From Myxococcota bacterium (GTDB lineage Bacteria > Myxococcota_A > UBA9160 > UBA6930), in NCBI GenBank assembly GCA_030065975.1, contig JASJCN010000009.1, positions 47-64,046 of the forward strand: DNA of 64,000 nucleotides, read 5' to 3'. Positions within the stretch are counted from its first letter, which is position 1, and every line of letters begins with the position of its first letter. Position numbers and translations under genes: made by a program. Of this stretch, positions 59,005 through 64,000 are shown in pieces. Below the pieces are notes generated by a model. That model worked only from the letters and a program-made list of their open reading frames with translations, was not told the origin of the DNA and made no database searches.

Positions 59005-60894
59005 ATGTCCATGCTTCCCGCTCGGTCCGGCTCGGCCCTCTTCCGGCTTCGCCTCCTCGCCCCGCTCCTCCTCTTCCTGCCCCTGCTGTCGGGCTGTCGT
59101 CACGCCCCCGAGCCGGTGGCGCCTCTTCCGCAGCTTCCCGCTGGCATCGAGTCGGAGCGCATCCGCGCGGACGTCGCGTGGCTGGCCGCCGACGAGCAGG
59201 GGGGCCGGGGCATCGGAACGCCGGGGCTCGCGCAGGCGGCCGACTGGCTGGCCGCGCGCTTCGCGGAAGCGGGCTTCGAGGGCGGCGCGCCGGAGGGCGG
59301 CTTCCTCCAGCGCTTCCAGGTTCCCGTGTCGATCCAGGTGGAGCAGGCCACCCTCGAGATCCCGAACGCGACCTCCGGTACGAGGGCCGGGGAGCGGGGC
59401 GTCGACTTCGAGGCCCTGCTCGCGAGCACGAGCGGGACCCTCCCCGAGGAGGTGGTGTTCGCGGGCTTCGGCATCAGCGACGAGGAGACCGGCTGGGACG
59501 ACTACGCCGGCCTCGACGTGTCGGGGAAGACCGTCCTCGTACTCGACGGTCGCCCGGGCGAGAGCGGCGACGATCCGTTGGGCGGAGGCCGGGGCGCGGC
59601 GTTCGCACGTCCGGCGTACAAGCTGCTCAACGCGAGACGCAACGGGGCCGCGGCCCTGCTGATCGCGCCTGCCCTCGCCGACGTGCCGGGCTTTCCGGGA
59701 ATCGGCGGCCACGGCGGCGCGAACCCGAGCATCCGGGACGCGGGCCTGCTCGCGATCAGCCTGTCGCGCCCTTTCGCGGCGGATCTGCTCGCGGCGGCGG
59801 GCGAGGACCTGGGCGCCCTGCAGCGGCGTGCCGACGAGGAGCGGGAGGCCGGCGGCAAGCCCCTCGACGTGCGCCTCGTGGGAGCCGTCGAGATCGAACG
59901 ACGCGACGGCGAGGTCGCGAACGTGATCGGCATCCTGCGCGGGAGCGATCCGCTGCTCGCCGAGCAGGCCGTCGTGATCGGCGCCCACTACGACCACCTG
60001 GGCACGGGAGCCTTCGGCTCGCTCAGTCCGAGCCGCCTCGGCGAGATCCACTCCGGTGCCGACGACAACGCCTCGGGGACCGCCGCCCTGGTCGCCCTCG
60101 CCCGCGCCTTCGGGCAGGGCGAGCGGCCGCGCCGAACGCTCATCCTGATCGGCTTCACCGCCGAAGAGGCGGGCCTGCTCGGCTCGGCCCACTACGTGAC
60201 GACGCCGAGCGTCCCGATCGAGGACACCGTCGCCATGGTCAACCTCGACATGGTGGGCCGCTTGCGAGAGGACCGCCTGGTGGCGTTCGGCAGCGAGAGC
60301 GGGAGTGGCCTCCGCGAGTTGGTCGACGCGGCAGCCGAGGGCACGGGCCTGCGGATCGAGCATCAGGTGGGTGCCCAGGGCCCCTCGGACCAGACGTCCT
60401 TCGCGAGCCAGCGTGTCCCCGTGCTCTTCTTCTTCACGGGCACCCACCCCCAGTACCACACGCCGGACGACCAGGTGGAGCTGGTCGAGGCCGAGGGCAT
60501 CGCGCGCGTCGCTTCGCTCACGCTCTCGGTGGCGCGCGGCCTGCTCGAAGACGAGGAGCGTGCGGAGTTCCTGGGCAACGTCGCGGGCCACGGCTCGGGC
60601 GCTCTGCCGGCCGGCGGCGGAGGCTACGGCCCGAGCCTCGGCACGATCCCCGCCTTCGGCGGCGAGCCCGTCGAGGGCGTCCGCCTCTCGGGAGTGAGGC
60701 CGGGAAGCCCGGCCGAGGCGGCGGGCCTGCAGGGCGGCGACGTGATCGTCCGATTCGCCGGAAGCTCGGTGCGCAACCTCGAGGAGTTCGCCGCGCTGCT
60801 CTTCTCCCAGGTGCCCGGCCGGGAGGTCGAGATCGAGGTGCTGCGCGACGGAGAGCGCATCTCGACCCGCGCGACCCTGGGACAACGGCGCTAG
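59005..60894 (+). CDS. M28-family aminopeptidase lipoprotein with PA domain and C-terminal PDZ domain
   Basis: Lipobox LLSGC. M28 metal ligand contexts GAHYDH, GADDNASG and TAEEAGLLGS. The C-terminal PDZ is GVRLSGVRPGSPAEAAGLQGGDVIVRFAG. Confidence 0.85.
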   Translation: MSMLPARSGSALFRLRLLAPLLLFLPLLSGCRHAPEPVAPLPQLPAGIESERIRADVAWLAADEQGGRGIGTPGLAQAADWLAARFAEAGFEGGAPEGGFLQRFQVPVSIQVEQATLEIPNATSGTRAGERGVDFEALLASTSGTLPEEVVFAGFGISDEETGWDDYAGLDVSGKTVLVLDGRPGESGDDPLGGGRGAAFARPAYKLLNARRNGAAALLIAPALADVPGFPGIGGHGGANPSIRDAGLLAISLSRPFAADLLAAAGEDLGALQRRADEEREAGGKPLDVRLVGAVEIERRDGEVANVIGILRGSDPLLAEQAVVIGAHYDHLGTGAFGSLSPSRLGEIHSGADDNASGTAALVALARAFGQGERPRRTLILIGFTAEEAGLLGSAHYVTTPSVPIEDTVAMVNLDMVGRLREDRLVAFGSESGSGLRELVDAAAEGTGLRIEHQVGAQGPSDQTSFASQRVPVLFFFTGTHPQYHTPDDQVELVEAEGIARVASLTLSVARGLLEDEERAEFLGNVAGHGSGALPAGGGGYGPSLGTIPAFGGEPVEGVRLSGVRPGSPAEAAGLQGGDVIVRFAGSSVRNLEEFAALLFSQVPGREVEIEVLRDGERISTRATLGQRR

Positions 60895-61878
60895 GTGCCG
60901 ACCATCGTCGGCGCCGGCTCGGTCGGCCTCGCGCTCGGAGCCCGGCTCGGAGCGGCGGGCGTGCCGGTGCGCTTCCTTACGCGGCGCCGCGAGGCCGCCG
61001 ACTCCCTCGCTCGCAACGGCATCCGCGCCGAGGACCCGAAGGAGGGGAGCACGCGGGTCGTTCCCGTGGAGGCCGATTGCCTGCTCCCGACACCCGCGAC
61101 GGGAAGCGCGAGCGAGCCCCTGCTGCTCTGCGTCCGGCTGCCCGAGCTTCCCGCGCTCGCCGAGACCCTCCGTGCCGAAGCGCCCGGCCACCCGGTGGTG
61201 TGCTTCCAGAACGACGTCGAGGCCGAGCCCCTCCTCGCATCCCTGGGCTTTCCCGTGATCGGCGGGGTCTGGCGCCAGACCTGCACGCGGGTCTCGGACC
61301 ACGCGGTGCGCTTCGTGGGAGCCGGGCGCGTGATCATCGGCGACTTCGCGAACGCGCCCCAGGGCGCCGTCGACCGGGTAACCGGCTGGCTCGAGCTTGC
61401 CGGCTACGACGTGGGGCGGTCGAAGGCGATCACCGAAGACAAGTGGCTCAAGCTCTGCATCAACCTGATGAGCGCACCCAACGCCCTCGTTCGCCGCGAG
61501 GATCACGGGAGCGAAGCGTTCGTCGAGATCAAGGCACGGCTCCTCGAGGAGGCGCGGGACGTCGTCGCGGCCGCCGGCGTGGTCGCGCGCTCCTGCGACG
61601 GACGCGACCGCAGCCTGGACGAGGAGATCGTCTTCCAGCGCGAGAGCCTCGCGCGCGGGACGAGCGCTCGCGCCCTCCCCCTCTACAACCAGGTGTGGAC
61701 CAGCCTGCGCCAGGGCGCGCCGGGCGAGGCCGTCGCCTATCACCGACGCTTCGTACGCATGGGGCGCGAGCACGGCGTCGCGACGCCGACGAACGAGCGG
61801 CTGATCGACGCGCTCGAGTACGCGATCACCCGGGAGGCGGGACCCGAGAGCGTTCTGGCGGCCGAGCTACTCGGGTGA
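60895..61878 (+). CDS. 2-dehydropantoate 2-reductase (ketopantoate reductase, ApbA/PanE) family oxidoreductase
   Basis: N-terminal IVGAGSVGLALGARL Rossmann motif, the central EDKWLKLCINL segment (ApbA_C) and NQVWTSL. Confidence 0.8.
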   Translation: MPTIVGAGSVGLALGARLGAAGVPVRFLTRRREAADSLARNGIRAEDPKEGSTRVVPVEADCLLPTPATGSASEPLLLCVRLPELPALAETLRAEAPGHPVVCFQNDVEAEPLLASLGFPVIGGVWRQTCTRVSDHAVRFVGAGRVIIGDFANAPQGAVDRVTGWLELAGYDVGRSKAITEDKWLKLCINLMSAPNALVRREDHGSEAFVEIKARLLEEARDVVAAAGVVARSCDGRDRSLDEEIVFQRESLARGTSARALPLYNQVWTSLRQGAPGEAVAYHRRFVRMGREHGVATPTNERLIDALEYAITREAGPESVLAAELLG

Positions 61879-62853
61879 GACCGGCTCGGGGACACCCTCG
61901 GGCAGATAGACCTCGGTGTCGGGATGGAACGCCTTCCAGGCCAGCCAGTAGGCCTCCTGCACCTTCACGTCGGAAGGCGCGTGATGGGCGAAGAGCCCCG
62001 CCTGCCCGTCGTAGAAGATGCGGATCTCGCGCCCTTCGAAGTCGTCGACGACGCTGCCCCCGGCGATCGTCAGCGCCGAGCCCAGGTAGGCCCGGGACTT
62101 CCCGCCCGCCTGGACGCCGACCACCACCTCCTTCAGGTGGTAGGCGCGGTCGACCGCCCGCACCGGGAAGATCGTCTCGTCCCGCACGATGTAGGTGTCG
62201 AAGGCGCTGTGGCGGTAGTCGATCTTGTCGGGAGCCGGGCGTGCCAGCACCGCGCTCACGGGATTGACCGCGAGCCAGCTCTCGAGGGTCACCTGATCGA
62301 TCCGGATCGGCGCGAGCTGCTTTCCGACCAGCTTGCCCGCGACGCACTCGCCGGTGAACTGGGACCACAGGCTCTCGGTCTCGCGGTCGTACATCAGGAA
62401 GCCGTGGTTCCAGATGAGCCCGGCCACGCCGAACTCGAGGGTGCGGCCGTCGAGCTCGCGGGAGAAGGCGCGCGGCGCGCCAGCCAACGGGTCGTAGGTG
62501 ACGGCCACCGGCAGGTCGCCGAAGCGATCGTTCACGATCTGATGCCGCTCCATCAGGTGGAGCGGATACACCCGCGCGACGCCGCCGAGCGCGACGCCGA
62601 GCACCGGGTTCTTCTCCATGACCCAGTCGGCGTCGGCGACCGCGACGAACTCGGGGGCGTCCACGCTGCGGATGCCGTCGCGCGGCGGGCCTCCGCCGAT
62701 CAGGTGCTCCTTCGAGACCGAGAGGCCCTCGAGGGAGAAGCCGTTCCACTCCTCCCGGGCCTCCTCGGCCGATGCGAACGAGGCGGCCGCGAGCAGGAGT
62801 GCTCCGGCCAGCGCGAGGCGCAGGGCGTCGGGGATGCGGCTTCGTCGGCTCAT
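61867..62853 (-). CDS. DUF3179 domain-containing secreted protein
   Basis: 328 aa from the ATG at 62853 (codon count and sequence agree), with a signal peptide. GGPPRDGIRSVDAPEF...PVLGVALGGVARVYPLHLMERHQIVND...PVAVTYDPL...GLIWNHGFLMYDRETESLWSQ is the DUF3179 pattern. Confidence 0.85.
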   Translation of the reverse strand: MSRRSRIPDALRLALAGALLLAAASFASAEEAREEWNGFSLEGLSVSKEHLIGGGPPRDGIRSVDAPEFVAVADADWVMEKNPVLGVALGGVARVYPLHLMERHQIVNDRFGDLPVAVTYDPLAGAPRAFSRELDGRTLEFGVAGLIWNHGFLMYDRETESLWSQFTGECVAGKLVGKQLAPIRIDQVTLESWLAVNPVSAVLARPAPDKIDYRHSAFDTYIVRDETIFPVRAVDRAYHLKEVVVGVQAGGKSRAYLGSALTIAGGSVVDDFEGREIRIFYDGQAGLFAHHAPSDVKVQEAYWLAWKAFHPDTEVYLPEGVPEPVSPE

Positions 62854-62912
62854 GGGTCTCCGTCCTTCGAGGGCCTCGGGTCGCGGCCGGCCCATCCGTT
62901 GGACGCCCGAGC

Positions 62913-63941
62913 CTAGAGCAGCGTTTCGGCTAGAAGCTCGAGCGCCTCGGGCTGGCCGCCTCCGATCAGCATGTCGGTCACCGCCGACTCCTTCCAGGCG
63001 GCCAGGCGATCGACGATGCGCTCCTTGGGACCGACCAGCGCGATCTCGTCCACCAGGCTGTCCGGGATCGCCGCGACGGCCTCGTTCTTCTTGCCGTCGA
63101 GGTAGAGATCCTGGATCTGGGCGGCGTCGCCCTCGTAGCCGAGCCGGATGGCGTAGTCGTTGTAGAAGTTCTTGCCCTTGGCTCCCATGCCTCCGACGTA
63201 GAGCGCGAGCATCATCTTCACCGGCATCCGGCACTGCTCCACGTCGTCGCCGAGCACGCAGGTCACGAAGGGGGCGATGCGGAAGTCGTCCATGCCCTTG
63301 CCGCCGCCGGCCTTGGCGAAGCCCTTCTCGAGCGCAGGCTCGAAGATGTCCATGCGCTCGGGGTTCATCCACACGGGGATCAGGCCGTCGGCGACCTCGG
63401 CGCTGCACGCCACGCCGTTGGGGCTGATCGAGGCGGTGAAGATCGGGAGATCCGGGTTGCCGTGGAGGATGCTCTTGAGCGGCTTGCCGAGGCCCGTCGT
63501 CCCTTCGCCCGAGGCCGGGATGTCGTACATCGAGCCGTGGAACTCGAGCGGCCCTTCGCGCGCCAGGATCTGGCGGATGATCTTCACGTACTCGCGGGTG
63601 CGGGTGAGCGGCTTGCCGTAGGGAACGCCGTGCCAGCCCTCGACGACCTGGGGGCCCGACGGCCCGAGGCCCAGCAGGAAGCGGCCGCCCGAGAGGGAGT
63701 CCATGCTCATGGCGGTCATCGCCGTCATGGCCGGGGTGCGGCCGGGCATCTGCATGATGGCGGTGCCGAGCTTGATCGTGCTCGTCTGCGCGCCGATCCA
63801 GGCCAGCGGGCTGATGGCGTCGGACCCATAGGCCTCGGCCGTCCAGATGGAGTCGAAGCCCAGGTTCTCGGCGTGCTTGACGCGGTCGATGTCGACGGTG
63901 AGCTTGGCACCGGAGTAGCCGGTGAGGAGTCCGAGTCGCAT
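62913..63941 (-). CDS. LLM-class F420-dependent (luciferase-like) oxidoreductase
   Basis: GFDSIWTAEAYGSDAISPLAWIGAQTSTIKLGTAIMQMPGRTPAMTAMTAMSMDSLSGGRFLLGLGPSGPQVVEGWHG is typical of the F420-dependent LLM subgroup. Confidence 0.9.
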   Translation of the reverse strand: MRLGLLTGYSGAKLTVDIDRVKHAENLGFDSIWTAEAYGSDAISPLAWIGAQTSTIKLGTAIMQMPGRTPAMTAMTAMSMDSLSGGRFLLGLGPSGPQVVEGWHGVPYGKPLTRTREYVKIIRQILAREGPLEFHGSMYDIPASGEGTTGLGKPLKSILHGNPDLPIFTASISPNGVACSAEVADGLIPVWMNPERMDIFEPALEKGFAKAGGGKGMDDFRIAPFVTCVLGDDVEQCRMPVKMMLALYVGGMGAKGKNFYNDYAIRLGYEGDAAQIQDLYLDGKKNEAVAAIPDSLVDEIALVGPKERIVDRLAAWKESAVTDMLIGGGQPEALELLAETLL

Positions 63942-63956
63942 GGCGGGGTTCCTTCG

Positions 63957-64000
63957 ATGGGAGTGGCGCGATGGGAGTCGTGCGGTGGGAGTGGCGCGCG
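63957..64000. repeat. Tandem repeat, 14-15-bp unit GATGGGAGTGGCGC x3, continues to the window edge
   Basis: Units at 63957, 63971 and 63986, read directly. It begins 16 nt upstream of the LLM gene start (63941, minus strand). Confidence 0.85.

Noticed and set aside
58342-62267. Very long ORFs 58342..61773 (minus, 1143 aa) and 59178..62267 (plus, 1029 aa)
   Set aside because: Both are Arg/Pro/Gly/Ala-rich. They are antisense or off-frame to the M28 peptidase and ketopantoate-reductase-family genes, which have clear catalytic motifs. I recognised no domain in either.
1-64000. Prophage, integrative element, transposase, toxin-antitoxin pair, retron/DGR reverse transcriptase, tRNA or rRNA genes
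   Set aside because: I scanned every plausible ORF and every intergenic gap longer than 60 bp. No integrase, transposase, RT, capsid or terminase-like sequence was seen, no cloverleaf-like tRNA candidates, and no rRNA-like conserved stretches. The only mobile-looking DNA is the non-autonomous 85-bp repeat family.

Overview
Very GC-rich bacterial chromosomal segment (by eye about 70% G+C; not computed), tightly packed. I call 64 protein-coding genes, one truncated at the left edge. I found no rRNA, tRNA, CRISPR array, transposase, integrase or prophage genes. Most long ORFs in the six-frame track are GC-driven antisense or off-frame artefacts (Arg/Ala/Gly/Pro-rich) and were discarded.

Most of the content is housekeeping:
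- Central metabolism and cofactors: aconitase, GlpD, NadE, NagZ, ApaH, RlmD-like methyltransferase, threonine aldolase, NifU, ketopantoate reductase family, two luciferase-like oxidoreductases.
- Envelope and lipid transport: MlaA and MlaC.
- Regulators: HxlR, LuxR, NarL-type response regulator, GntR, and a PilZ protein.
- A tungsten/molybdenum cofactor cluster: aldehyde:ferredoxin oxidoreductase, a MoaD-like carrier and two MoeA genes.

The gene set suggests a Gram-negative lineage, possibly Myxococcota/Bdellovibrionota-like. That is inference only.

What stands out:
1. A 67-aa histone-fold (DUF1931/Bd0055-like) protein with a basic N-terminal tail and its own sigma70-like promoter lies directly downstream of a canonical sirtuin. 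A separate histone-H1-like Lys-rich repeat protein lies 18 kb away.
2. A previously unnamed ~85-bp MITE-like palindromic element with CTAGGGAAGCTCTGC termini occurs in three copies, each abutting stop or start codons.
3. Short tandem repeat arrays are unusually dense: about ten arrays, units of 6-15 bp, 2-7 copies, each with a different unit. Almost all lie in 5' upstream or intergenic DNA, and two of them are G-quadruplex motifs.
4. There are several eukaryote-flavoured or fused genes:
   - an exported cyclohexadienyl dehydratase-chorismate mutase fusion;
   - a cold-shock domain with an extra N-terminal domain and an RG-rich linker;
   - an operon of ceramidase-like protein, lipid kinase, Qng1-like queuosine salvage protein and permease;
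   - an orphan Toprim/DUF4435 (AriB-like) gene.
5. About half of all stop codons are TAG, often in a CTAG context. Two convergent gene pairs share a single CTAG as their mutual stop.

All family assignments come from motif recognition by eye and need HMM or structure confirmation.
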